DNA of 64,000 nucleotides from a virus. The DNA is taken from IMG/VR virus record IMGVR_UViG_3300020204_004581. One strand, written 5' to 3'. Of the stretch, positions 46,428 to 56,366 are shown in pieces. The notes under the pieces were generated by a model, which saw only the letters and a list, made by a program, of their open reading frames with translations, did no database searches and had not been told where the DNA came from. The position numbers were made by a program, and so were the translations under genes. Positions within the stretch are counted from its first letter, which is position 1; every line of letters begins with the position of its first letter.

Positions 46428-47125
46428 TAAATGTCCCATTAGAAAAAATATTGTTTATCGATATTGAAACTGTTGGATGTCAGAAAGATTTCGATAATTT
46501 GAAAAAATTAAACGAACGTTTGGCCTCCCTTTTCAGTTACTATGAGTCATGGTTTAAAAAAAGATTTCCTGAAGATACTGACGCAGATTTAAACAAACTA
46601 TTCAAAACACGAGCAGCTTTGGTTCCTGAGTTTGCAAAAATAGTTACTGTATGTTTGGGTATAGTAGATCAAAATGGTAAATTCAAAACTACTGTGTTTT
46701 CTGACGACAATGAAAGAACTTTGTTAGTTGAACTGAGAAAAACTTTATTCAAATGTGGTGAGATGGGTTATTTTCTTTGCGGCCATAATGTCAAAAATTT
46801 TGACATACCGACATTAGCAAAACGTATGATAATTAATGGCTTAAACCCACCCAAACTCCTCCCAACTTATGACACTAAACCATGGGAAATCAAAGCTATC
46901 GACACAAGAGACGTGTGGCAGTACGGTCAATATGCATCTATTTCTACGTTGGACTTGATGTGCGGTGTTATGGATATAGAATCCTCTAAATCTGAAGATA
47001 TGGATGGCTCTAAAGTACACTCTGTTTATTGGGATGAAAAAAATATTGATAAAATAAACACATATTGTGAAAAAGATGTTGTTGTTTTATACGAGGTGGT
47101 AAAAAAATTTATAAATTTATTATAA
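46424..47125 (+). CDS. Stand-alone PolB-like 3'-5' exonuclease (DEDDy)
   Basis: FIDIETV, GHNVKNFDIP, KPWE...DT, YCEKDV. Confidence 0.85.
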   Translation: MINVPLEKILFIDIETVGCQKDFDNLKKLNERLASLFSYYESWFKKRFPEDTDADLNKLFKTRAALVPEFAKIVTVCLGIVDQNGKFKTTVFSDDNERTLLVELRKTLFKCGEMGYFLCGHNVKNFDIPTLAKRMIINGLNPPKLLPTYDTKPWEIKAIDTRDVWQYGQYASISTLDLMCGVMDIESSKSEDMDGSKVHSVYWDEKNIDKINTYCEKDVVVLYEVVKKFINLL

Positions 47126-47126
47126 T

Positions 47127-47720
47127 ATGGATGATCTTTTTAAAAAAGAATTAAAAGAAGCTCTAAAAAAGATAGAGGGTTTTGAAAATATTTTGGATGA
47201 TAGCAATAACATCAATCAATTAAACGAACTGCTCGGCTTCTCCTCTGAAGATCTGATGGATGAATCGTCTTATTCTACAAAAAGACCTTTGGGTTATCAA
47301 AAAATATCACCCTTAGCTATTACGCCAAAATACAACTATCCAACTGACTCAGGATTTGATTTACATTCAATTATCGATTGCACGATACAACCTCTAAGTC
47401 GGGCACTAATACCAACAGGGTTGAAATTTGATATTGATGATGGATATGAAATTCAAGTTAGAACTAAGTCAGGTCTGGCTATTAATCAAGGATTGATGGT
47501 GCTCAACTCACCTGGCACCATGGACAATGGCTATACAGGTGAATGTAAAATCCCTGTTTTTAACACAAATCAGACACCATTTATTATTACAATAGGTATG
47601 AAAGTTGCACAAGCGGTCCTCTGTCCTGTTGTAAATGGAAGATGGGTCGACTTACAAGAAAGAAAAGAAATATCAGAGAAGGATAGAGGAAACAACGGGT
47701 TCGGAAGTACGGGCATTTAA
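47127..47720 (+). CDS. dut: Trimeric dUTPase
   Basis: SGFDL, RTKSGLA, NSPGTMDNGYTGE, AQAV, RGNNGFGSTG. Confidence 0.95.
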   Translation: MDDLFKKELKEALKKIEGFENILDDSNNINQLNELLGFSSEDLMDESSYSTKRPLGYQKISPLAITPKYNYPTDSGFDLHSIIDCTIQPLSRALIPTGLKFDIDDGYEIQVRTKSGLAINQGLMVLNSPGTMDNGYTGECKIPVFNTNQTPFIITIGMKVAQAVLCPVVNGRWVDLQERKEISEKDRGNNGFGSTGI

Positions 47721-47730
47721 AACTTTATTC

Positions 47731-47901
47731 ATGGGAAAATATTATGAAAGTTTGGAAACTCTTATTGAGTTGATAAAAAAATTGGATAAAAAAAATGTTC
47801 TTGCAGAGTTTATTATAGATTGTATATCTATTTCCAAATCAGACCCAAACTTAACCGTTAACGAAATAATTAAACAAGCCAAGAAAAAAAGATTAACATA
47901 A
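47731..47901 (+). CDS. Small hypothetical protein
   Basis: 56 aa from ATG 47731, filling the gap between dut and the next gene. Confidence 0.5.
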   Translation: MGKYYESLETLIELIKKLDKKNVLAEFIIDCISISKSDPNLTVNEIIKQAKKKRLT

Positions 47902-49526
47902 TGTTGACTGTTGGATATAGTACAAGAAAAACTAATCCTGAGTTTATTGAGTATCTCAAAAAAACATCAGGATTCAAAAAAATCAATGTTATCGAAAAGG
48001 TGAACAATGGTGAAAAAAGTCTCAGTCAAGTTTACAATGAAATCATTTCAGAGTCCGAAACTGACATAATTGTCCTTTGTCATGACGATATTTTGTTTGA
48101 CACTAACGGATGGTACTCCAAAATTATCAGACATTTCGAAAAATCTGAGTACGGTATCTTAGGGGTTGCAGGAACAACACACATACCAATAAGTGGTATG
48201 TGGTGGGAGCAAAAAGGGAGAATGGTAGGTATCGTAAACCATGAACACGACGGAAAAAAATGGGAGTCAAAATACTCAGATTCTTTGGGTAATGGAATCA
48301 AGCAGACCGTGATAGTTGACGGATTGTTCATAGCATTAGATAAAACAAAGATCAAAAAAAACTTTGATGAATCCGTAACAGGATTTCACATGTACGATGT
48401 TAATTTTTGTTTTAGAAACTTTATCGAGAACGTTAAAATTGGTGTCATTACAAATATCAGAATCACTCACAAGTCTATTGGTATGGTTAACCAACAATGG
48501 GATGAAAACCGAAAAGTTTTTGCTGAAAAGTACAAAGATAAATTACCAGCAAAAGTCAAATACAAGTTCGAAGACAAATTAAAAGTTCTAATTACCTCAC
48601 TTTTTTTTAAAACTTTCACCGGATCTGAATTGTATGTTTTTGAATTAGCCAAAGGTCTCCAAAAATTGAACTGCGATGTCACAGTAATGTCACAAATTGA
48701 TGGGCCATTAACAAAGTTAGCTAAAGAAAAAGGTATCAGATCAATATCACATATGGAACCGCCAGGTTTTAAACTTGGTGATGGTAAGTGGGGGTTCAAT
48801 GGACCCAACGGTGTCGAACTTTCATCACCTAATATGTACTATAAAATTTCTGACGTTACTTATGATGTAATTCATACTCAACACAAACCAGTTACTGAAA
48901 GAATTTGTCAGCTATACCCTGATATTCCAAAACTAACGACCATACATTCTGAAGTAATTCCATTAGAGGACCCCCATATAGATTCTTCAATTAAAAAATA
49001 TGTTGCTATTAGACCTGAAATAAGCAAATATCTTTATGAAAAATATGATATCGAAGATGTCGATGTAATTTATAATCCTATAGATAATACAAAATTCAAA
49101 CCAAAAGGACTAAAAGAAGAGGACGCTCTTTTGTTTGTCGGGACTATAGACTACTTGAGAGAGAATACTATAAGAGATTTAATACAATTTACTAAAGAAT
49201 CCAAAATGGAACTTTGGTTAGTGGGTGATGATAAATCAAATTATCTTTCAGAGATACTTGAAAACAAACATGTAAAACATTTCAAATCTACTTGGTCTGT
49301 CGAAATTTTTATTCAAAAATGTAAAATGACTGCTGGTATACAATTAGGTAGAACAACAATTGAAGGTTGGATGTGTGGTAAGCCAGGGTATATTTACAAG
49401 GTTGATTCTTCGGGTGGTATTTTGGAAAAGCAATTATTCGAACCACCAACAGATTTAGAAAAATACTACGCAGATAACGTAGCGAAACAGATAAAAGAAA
49501 AATACATCGAAATTTTGAACTCATGA
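47901..49526 (+). CDS. Bifunctional glycosyltransferase (GT2-like plus GT4-like)
   Basis: N-domain YN......DIIVLCHDD...DGLFI...FDE...GFHMYD; C-domain TGSELYVFELAKGL...VIYNPID...GRTTIEGWMCGKP. Confidence 0.8.
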   Translation: MLTVGYSTRKTNPEFIEYLKKTSGFKKINVIEKVNNGEKSLSQVYNEIISESETDIIVLCHDDILFDTNGWYSKIIRHFEKSEYGILGVAGTTHIPISGMWWEQKGRMVGIVNHEHDGKKWESKYSDSLGNGIKQTVIVDGLFIALDKTKIKKNFDESVTGFHMYDVNFCFRNFIENVKIGVITNIRITHKSIGMVNQQWDENRKVFAEKYKDKLPAKVKYKFEDKLKVLITSLFFKTFTGSELYVFELAKGLQKLNCDVTVMSQIDGPLTKLAKEKGIRSISHMEPPGFKLGDGKWGFNGPNGVELSSPNMYYKISDVTYDVIHTQHKPVTERICQLYPDIPKLTTIHSEVIPLEDPHIDSSIKKYVAIRPEISKYLYEKYDIEDVDVIYNPIDNTKFKPKGLKEEDALLFVGTIDYLRENTIRDLIQFTKESKMELWLVGDDKSNYLSEILENKHVKHFKSTWSVEIFIQKCKMTAGIQLGRTTIEGWMCGKPGYIYKVDSSGGILEKQLFEPPTDLEKYYADNVAKQIKEKYIEILNS

Positions 49527-50683
49527 AAATTGGAGTGATTGGTGCCGGTAGATTAGGATTGTCTTTCGCATTGGTTTGTGATAAACACGGTGTACCCATG
49601 ATTATTTCTGATACAAATGAAACCTACAAGAAAAATCTTAAAAACGGAATTTGTATTACGAATGAACCATTTATTACAGAAATGTACTCCAAAAGACGAT
49701 TTCTTGAGGTTGCTGAAAATAACATAGAGGTAATAGAAAATTGTGATTACATATGGACATTTGTTGAGACTCCCTCTACATCAGATGGGATATATGACCT
49801 GACAAAACTTTGGTCAGTCGTTGATGACTTTGTAAAAACTTTCAAGGATGGAAAATCGGTTATGGGGAAAACCTTTGTAATTGGTTGTACTACTAATCCT
49901 GGCGACGTACAACTAATAGCAGAGCTTTTAAATCAATATTCAATAAACGTTGTCTATAATCCCGAATTTGTTGCACAAGGTGAAATAATAAAGGGTATCG
50001 AAGAAGCAAAAATGGTTTTGATTGGTAGTCCAGATGGATATGACTTAAAGATAATTCTTAATCTTTATAAAATTATTTGCGGAGGTTCAGCAAACTTTAA
50101 TGTAATGTCCTATACCTCAGCGGAGCTCACTAAAATTGCTATAAATTGTTTTTTAACCACAAAGATAGCGTATGCAAATATGATCGGTGAGATTGCAATA
50201 AAAACGGGAGTCGGTAACGAAATTAAAAGTATTTTGAAAGCTGTTGGATCTGATCCTCGAATCGGAAATAAATTCCTGAAATACGGATTTGGTTTTGGTG
50301 GTCCTTGTCTTCCGAGAGATAATCGGGCACTTTCTGTTCACGCAAAAAAACACGGTGGTGAAGCCAAGCTATCTGACTTAGTTGACGAAATGAATAATAG
50401 ACACACTGAATTTTTAGCCGATTATTATAGTGAGTTGAATCCCGATAGAACTGTACCTTTTGTGATGAGACATATTTCATACAAACGAGGGACTGATATA
50501 TTGACCGACTCCCAACAATATCACTTTTGTTTGAAACTTTTAGATAAAGGATATACCGTACATGTTCAAGAAATAGAAGCCGTAATTGATCAATTCAAGA
50601 AAAAAGATATGAGTGAATACGGATCACGACTTAAGTTCTTCAGATATAATACTAAACCAGAAGGATTCTTGATTGAAATATGA
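49523..50683 (+). CDS. UDP-glucose/GDP-mannose 6-dehydrogenase family protein
   Basis: GAGRLG, VETP, YNPEF, AELTK...N.FL..KI.YAN, GFGGPCLPRD. Confidence 0.9.
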   Translation: MKIGVIGAGRLGLSFALVCDKHGVPMIISDTNETYKKNLKNGICITNEPFITEMYSKRRFLEVAENNIEVIENCDYIWTFVETPSTSDGIYDLTKLWSVVDDFVKTFKDGKSVMGKTFVIGCTTNPGDVQLIAELLNQYSINVVYNPEFVAQGEIIKGIEEAKMVLIGSPDGYDLKIILNLYKIICGGSANFNVMSYTSAELTKIAINCFLTTKIAYANMIGEIAIKTGVGNEIKSILKAVGSDPRIGNKFLKYGFGFGGPCLPRDNRALSVHAKKHGGEAKLSDLVDEMNNRHTEFLADYYSELNPDRTVPFVMRHISYKRGTDILTDSQQYHFCLKLLDKGYTVHVQEIEAVIDQFKKKDMSEYGSRLKFFRYNTKPEGFLIEI

Positions 50684-51390
50684 TTATACTAACTACAACA
50701 TACAACTGCGAAAAATATATTGAGAGATGTCTTTTGAGTATTATGTCACAGAGATTTCCTGACTTCAAATGTTACATTACGGACGACATGTCAACTGACT
50801 CGACAATTAAAAAAATTGAATCTGTAATCAAAGATGACAACAGGTTTATTCTTATCAAAAACCATTCTAAACTCTATCAGGGAGGAAATTACGATCAAGT
50901 AATTCGATGTATGGGTTTGGACGGAGATGAAATATGTGTTGAAATTGATGGTGACGATTGGTTACCAAATCCTAATGTTCTCGGCAAGATAGATGAAATT
51001 TATAAAGACTCGAATGTTTGGATGACCAGTGGGTCTTTCAAATACCACGATGGTAGACCGGGTTTCAATAGACCAATTACGTCTTTGGAAAATATAAGAA
51101 AATCCAATTTCACCCTTTCTCATATGAGAACGTGGAAGGCTTGGTTATGGAAAAAAATCGATGAAAAAGATTTGAAGGATGGGGATGGTAAGTACTACAG
51201 TGTGGCAGGTGACCTATCATTTATGTGGCCTATGATAGAAATGTCAGGGTTGGAACATTTCAAATTTATTGATGAAATACTATATGTCTATAATGAATCG
51301 AATCCAATTAATGATCATAAGGTTGATTTAAGTAAAGTTCGTAATATTCACAACTTAATAGCAAATAAAATACCGTATAATAAAATTTAA
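50680..51390 (+). CDS. GT2-family glycosyltransferase
   Basis: TYNCEKYIERCLLSI..Q, DDMSTD, IDGDDWL. Confidence 0.88.
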   Translation: MIILTTTYNCEKYIERCLLSIMSQRFPDFKCYITDDMSTDSTIKKIESVIKDDNRFILIKNHSKLYQGGNYDQVIRCMGLDGDEICVEIDGDDWLPNPNVLGKIDEIYKDSNVWMTSGSFKYHDGRPGFNRPITSLENIRKSNFTLSHMRTWKAWLWKKIDEKDLKDGDGKYYSVAGDLSFMWPMIEMSGLEHFKFIDEILYVYNESNPINDHKVDLSKVRNIHNLIANKIPYNKI

Positions 51391-51391
51391 A

Positions 51392-52006
51392 ATGCACACA
51401 GAACATAACGATAGATGGAATAAAGATAATGGTAATAAACTCTTAGTTGCCACTTACCCCCTAAATGAGGATTCTTGGGTAATTGAATTAGGTGGATACA
51501 AAGGAGAATGGACTAATAAGATTGTTGGTAAGTATAAATCCAACATTTTGGTGGTTGAACCCATTTCAGAATTTTGTGAAAAGATTTCTGAAATCCACGG
51601 AAATAATCCAAAAGTAAGAATTGAAAACAACGGTATATCAACAGAAGAAAGATCCACTAAATTGTCTTTCAACGGAGACGCTTCATCAGAGTATTTGGAA
51701 CAAACTGAGGAAAAGAGAGAGATCAAATGTTACACCTTGGAACAATATCTAACCAAATACAACATTCAAAAGGTTGACCTCATGCAAGTGAATATTGAGG
51801 GTGAAGAATACCCTCTATTCGAGAAATGGATTACATCAGATGTACTTAAAAATTTTCAATACATTCAGATACAATTTCACAGAGTAGGTGAAGACTATGA
51901 AGAAAGAAGAATGAAAATTCATCAAGGTATGGAAAATTTGGGATTTGAACTCAGATGGGATTATGACTATGTTTTTGAGTCATGGAAAAATAAAAATTGG
52001 GTATAG
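51392..52006 (+). CDS. FkbM-family SAM-dependent methyltransferase
   Basis: VIELGGYKGEW, VVEP, VDLMQVNIEGEEY, IQIQFH. Confidence 0.8.
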   Translation: MHTEHNDRWNKDNGNKLLVATYPLNEDSWVIELGGYKGEWTNKIVGKYKSNILVVEPISEFCEKISEIHGNNPKVRIENNGISTEERSTKLSFNGDASSEYLEQTEEKREIKCYTLEQYLTKYNIQKVDLMQVNIEGEEYPLFEKWITSDVLKNFQYIQIQFHRVGEDYEERRMKIHQGMENLGFELRWDYDYVFESWKNKNWV

Positions 52007-52045
52007 ACATTAATACTGAGTAGATTAAGTTTATCATAAAAAAAT

Positions 52046-52888
52046 ATGGGAAACTTGATATCATGTAATTTGATGGGTGGATTAGGTAATCAATTATTTG
52101 AAGCCGCTCACGCATTAGCACAGGGATGGAAACACAACCGAGAAGTTGTTTTTGTTCCAAAATCATGGACACCAGGACAAGGAAGAGGTGCCGAAAATTA
52201 TATTGAGAACGTATTCAGAAATCTAAAATTCGTAGATAATTTAGACAATTTTACAAGGGTCACTGAAGGTCCCTTTGAGTACAGTGAAGTAAATCCTGTA
52301 GAAGAAAATACTGTTTTTGACGGATATTTTCAAAGCACCAAAAACTGGTTTGGATTAGATGATCGTATAAGAGACATATTCCAACCTTCACAAGAAATTA
52401 TTGATGAGTTGAAATTCAAATACCCCCAACTCAATCAACCCAAAACACTCTCCATACACGTTAGAAGAGGAGAATACTTACAGTTTCCTGAAATACACCC
52501 AACAATATCAGTAGAATATATTCAAGAGGCATTAAAAATTATTGGAGAATATTCTACAGTTTTTCTCTTCACTGAAGATGAATCAAGATGGCCAGGAAGT
52601 AGAGATTTCGTTATGAATAATTTCTCATTTCCAAATGTAGTTTTCCCAAAAGAAGATCAAGACTGGAAAGAATTATATCTCATGGGTCTGTGTGAAAATC
52701 ACATCATTTCTAACTCCACTTTTTCATGGTGGGCAACTTTCTTAAATCAAAATAAAAATAAAAAAATAGTTTGTCCTTCTCGTTGGTTTGGTCCCCGTGG
52801 CCCTAAGGCCGATGACATCTACGAATCCTATTGGAATTTAGTTGATGTAGAATGGAAAGATGGATTATTAATACCAACAAAAAAATAA
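52046..52888 (+). CDS. GT11 alpha-1,2-fucosyltransferase-like protein
   Basis: GGLGNQLF, GYFQS, SIHVRRGEY, IISNSTFSWW. Confidence 0.9.
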   Translation: MGNLISCNLMGGLGNQLFEAAHALAQGWKHNREVVFVPKSWTPGQGRGAENYIENVFRNLKFVDNLDNFTRVTEGPFEYSEVNPVEENTVFDGYFQSTKNWFGLDDRIRDIFQPSQEIIDELKFKYPQLNQPKTLSIHVRRGEYLQFPEIHPTISVEYIQEALKIIGEYSTVFLFTEDESRWPGSRDFVMNNFSFPNVVFPKEDQDWKELYLMGLCENHIISNSTFSWWATFLNQNKNKKIVCPSRWFGPRGPKADDIYESYWNLVDVEWKDGLLIPTKK

Positions 52889-52891
52889 CAC

Positions 52892-53728
52892 ATGTCGGAA
52901 AAAGTAAAAATTAGAAAAGTATCAGATTGGTGGGGTGAATATGATTGTTCATCAAACCGTAACATGCCAAAACATATTAATTGGCTATCGAGAGAAACTG
53001 CGGATCCGTATACACTTAGTGTATATGTTGACAATTACATTAAGGATTGGGGATTCAGAGACGGAGGATCGGATAAAATTGGATGGTTATTAGAGTCACC
53101 ACAAATGAATGAGGCGACAATCAGAGTATTGACAGAAGATTTGGAAAAGACCAGATCTCACTACAAAATCATTTTTACTTGTATGGATGAATTGTTGGCT
53201 CTTGGTGAACCTTTCAAATATTGTATTACAAATGCCGCTCCTTGGATTTGGCCTGATAATAGAAAAATACATGAAAAAACAAAACTTGTGTCAATGATCG
53301 CATCAAGTAAAGGTTGGTTAAGAGGACACCAAAACAGATTACAATGGGTAGAAAAACTACAGAACAAAGTTGATCTTTTTGGTACAGGTAGACCAAATCA
53401 GTTACGTGATAAAGAGGACGGACTAAAAGACTATATGTTCTCAGTGGCAATCGAAAATGATAACTCTGATGTGTATTTTACAGAAAAACTCACTGATTGT
53501 TTTGCAATGGGTACAGTACCAATTTATTACGGTTCAAGAAAAGCTGTCGAAAAATACTTCGACCCAACAGGAGTAATTTTCTTAGAAGACGACCCAAATT
53601 TAGAAACTGTGACGGTTGAAAAATATAAATCAATGATGCCAGCAATAGAAAGAAATTTCTTAAAGGCAAAAGATTTCCCTGTAGCGGAAGACTACATGTG
53701 GGACAACTACCTTAAAAACTTAGTATAA
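52892..53728 (+). CDS. GT10 alpha-1,3-fucosyltransferase-like protein
   Basis: YMFSVAIEN...YFTEKLTDCFAMGTVPIYYG (alpha-1,3-FucT motif). Confidence 0.82.
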   Translation: MSEKVKIRKVSDWWGEYDCSSNRNMPKHINWLSRETADPYTLSVYVDNYIKDWGFRDGGSDKIGWLLESPQMNEATIRVLTEDLEKTRSHYKIIFTCMDELLALGEPFKYCITNAAPWIWPDNRKIHEKTKLVSMIASSKGWLRGHQNRLQWVEKLQNKVDLFGTGRPNQLRDKEDGLKDYMFSVAIENDNSDVYFTEKLTDCFAMGTVPIYYGSRKAVEKYFDPTGVIFLEDDPNLETVTVEKYKSMMPAIERNFLKAKDFPVAEDYMWDNYLKNLV

Positions 53729-53729
53729 T

Positions 53730-54542
53730 ATGAAATACCTTGTACTTGGATCTGCAGGTCAGATTGGTTATGAGTTGTGTAAATTTTTACAGAAAGAAGG
53801 ACATGATGTTTTATCTTTTGATATTGCAACAGACCCAACTCAGGATTTGAGAATACCTGGTGTGTTGGAAGATTTGATTATCGAATGTAATTTTGTGATG
53901 TTTTTGGCGTTTGATGTAGGTGGGTCAAGATATTTGAAAAAATATCAACACACATATGAATTCATTGAAAATAATACAAAGCTCACATTGTATACTTTCG
54001 AGACAATCAAAAAACACAACAAACCTTTCATATTTGCGTCATCTCAAATGGCCAATATGTCTTACTCCCCCTACGGTGTTTGTAAGAGTTTGGGAGAAAT
54101 TTTTTCAACCGCTTTAGGTGGACTTACAGTGAAGTTTTGGAACGTATATGGACCAGAACATGATTTAGAAAAATCACATGTAATCACCGATTTTATCCTG
54201 AAAGCAAAACTTGGAAAAATTGAAATGATTACTGATGGCACAGAAGAAAGACAGTTTCTTCACGCAGAGGATTGTTCAAGATGTCTTCATATTCTTTCTC
54301 AGAAGTATGACGAGATTGATAGATCACAAAACTTACACATTACAAACTTTGAATGGAATACCATACTTGAAGTTGCGGACATTATCAAAGAAACAATTCC
54401 TTGTGAGATTATACCCTCAGAAGAAAAAGACACGGTTCAGCTTAATAAAAGAAATGAACCCGATCCTTACATTTTGAATTTTTGGAAACCTGTAATATCT
54501 TTAAAAGAAGGTATCAATAAAATAATTGAAGAAATGAATTAA
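53730..54542 (+). CDS. NAD-dependent nucleotide-sugar epimerase/dehydratase (extended SDR)
   Basis: GSAGQIG, FASS, YGVCK, NVYGP, DGTEERQFLH. Confidence 0.85.
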   Translation: MKYLVLGSAGQIGYELCKFLQKEGHDVLSFDIATDPTQDLRIPGVLEDLIIECNFVMFLAFDVGGSRYLKKYQHTYEFIENNTKLTLYTFETIKKHNKPFIFASSQMANMSYSPYGVCKSLGEIFSTALGGLTVKFWNVYGPEHDLEKSHVITDFILKAKLGKIEMITDGTEERQFLHAEDCSRCLHILSQKYDEIDRSQNLHITNFEWNTILEVADIIKETIPCEIIPSEEKDTVQLNKRNEPDPYILNFWKPVISLKEGINKIIEEMN

Positions 54543-54543
54543 T

Positions 54544-55635
54544 ATGAAAAAAGTATTGGTATTAGGTGGTGGCGGATTTATAGGTGGTCACTTAGCTAAG
54601 AGACTTAAAGAGGAAGGAAACCACGTAAGAATATGTGACATAAAAAAACATGAATATTTTTTCCAAGATGAAATTTGTCATGAGTTTATCTTGGGTGACC
54701 TTACAGACCCTGATGTTGTTTCACTTGTCATCGAAGAAGGTGTTGATGAAGTTTATCAACTTGCCGCAGATATGGGCGGTGCACTTTATATCTTTACAGG
54801 AGAACACGATGCAGATGTTATGCACAACTCAGCAACAATCAATTTGAATGTTGCAAAAGAATGTGTTAAAAAGAAAGTCAAAAAGGTTTTCTATTCATCC
54901 TCAGCATGTATGTATCCCGAACATAATCAACTTGATCCCGATAATCCAAACTGTGAAGAGTCTTCTGCATATCCTGCTAACCCAGACTCTGAATATGGAT
55001 GGGAAAAGTTATTCTCAGAAAGAGTATTTTTATCTTTCCATAGAAACTATGGATTGAATGTTAGAATTGCAAGATTCCACAACATCTTTGGTCCTCAAGG
55101 TACATGGAAAGGAGGAAGGGAGAAATCACCGGCCGCTATGTGTAGAAAGGCGGCAGAAAGCAAGGGTGGTGATGAAATAGAAGTTTGGGGAAATGGATTA
55201 CAAACCAGATCATTCCTTTACGTTGAGGAGTGCGTTGAGGCTGTTATTAGATTGATGAATTCGAATTTCACAGGACCTGTAAACATTGGTTCCGAAGAAA
55301 TGGTAACCATTAATCATTTAGCCAGTATGGCTATTGCAATATCAGGAAAAGACATAAAAATAAAAAACATCGAAGGAGAAGAGTTTGTGACAAAATACGG
55401 ATTTAAATGCCCTCTCGGTGTTAAGGGGAGAAATTCAGACAATAAATTGTATAGAGAAAAGATAGGATGGGAAGTCAGTCAGCCTCTTTCCGTAGGTCTT
55501 AAAAAAACATATAATTGGATTAAGAGTCAGGTTGACAAACATGAAACTGAAACCCCGTGGATCTACGAAAGTCCTGATGGTGGAAAAACCGTCACAAAAA
55601 GAGAACCAGGATCATTAGAAAAAAAATTAATTTAA
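54544..55635 (+). CDS. GDP-mannose 3',5'-epimerase-like SDR
   Basis: GGGGFIGGHL, LAADMGG, YSSSACMYPE, YGWEK, RFHNIFGPQGTWKGGREKSPAAMCRK, WGNGLQTRSF, GVKGRNSDN; close to the plant GME motif set. Confidence 0.85.
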   Translation: MKKVLVLGGGGFIGGHLAKRLKEEGNHVRICDIKKHEYFFQDEICHEFILGDLTDPDVVSLVIEEGVDEVYQLAADMGGALYIFTGEHDADVMHNSATINLNVAKECVKKKVKKVFYSSSACMYPEHNQLDPDNPNCEESSAYPANPDSEYGWEKLFSERVFLSFHRNYGLNVRIARFHNIFGPQGTWKGGREKSPAAMCRKAAESKGGDEIEVWGNGLQTRSFLYVEECVEAVIRLMNSNFTGPVNIGSEEMVTINHLASMAIAISGKDIKIKNIEGEEFVTKYGFKCPLGVKGRNSDNKLYREKIGWEVSQPLSVGLKKTYNWIKSQVDKHETETPWIYESPDGGKTVTKREPGSLEKKLI

Positions 55636-56366
55636 TGGGTAAACCAAGAAGAACGCCAGTTGTTACTCCAAGTTCAACTGAAATACAAATAAAAACTAAA
55701 AAAGATTTTATCTGTTCATTAATCAAGAAAAAAACTAAAGAAAAATTCTTATCAGAAAATCAGAAAGTTTATTATGATATATTAAAAAATAATGAAATCA
55801 CCCTCTGTTCGGGTCCCGCAGGTGTGGGTAAGAGTCACGTGGCAATGAAAGCGGCAATTGATTTGCTAGTTGACCCACTTTCACCTTATGAAAAAATTAT
55901 TATTGTAAGACCAGCGGTGGAAGCTGAGGAAAAGTTAGGATCTTTACCTGGTAATGTAGAAGAAAAATTAGATCCTTATATCTTTCCTTCGTATTATCTC
56001 CTCAACAAAATTATCGGAAAAGATATAAGAGAAAAGTTAAAGGAATTTGATGCAATCGAAGTTTTTGCTTTGGCTTATATGAGAGGAATGAATATAGATA
56101 ACTCTATTTTGATTTTCGAAGAGGCACAGAATTCAACCCCAAATCAAATGAAATTACTACTAACAAGAATTGGATACAATTCAAAGTTTTTTATTTCAGG
56201 TGACTTAGAGCAAACTGACAGATATAAAGACAAAACTCAAAGTGGGCTTTGGGATGCAATTCAAAAAATGAGAAATATGAATAAAGTTGGTGTATTCATT
56301 TTTGAAGACAGTGATATTGTGAGAAATCCATTAATAACCCACATTCTAAAAAGATATGAAGAATGA
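55635..56366 (+). CDS. phoH: PhoH-family ATPase
   Basis: GPAGVGKS, RPAVE...LG.LPG...EKLDPY, LAYMRG, EEAQN, LTRIG, GDLEQTD, DIVRNPL. Confidence 0.95.
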   Translation: MGKPRRTPVVTPSSTEIQIKTKKDFICSLIKKKTKEKFLSENQKVYYDILKNNEITLCSGPAGVGKSHVAMKAAIDLLVDPLSPYEKIIIVRPAVEAEEKLGSLPGNVEEKLDPYIFPSYYLLNKIIGKDIREKLKEFDAIEVFALAYMRGMNIDNSILIFEEAQNSTPNQMKLLLTRIGYNSKFFISGDLEQTDRYKDKTQSGLWDAIQKMRNMNKVGVFIFEDSDIVRNPLITHILKRYEE

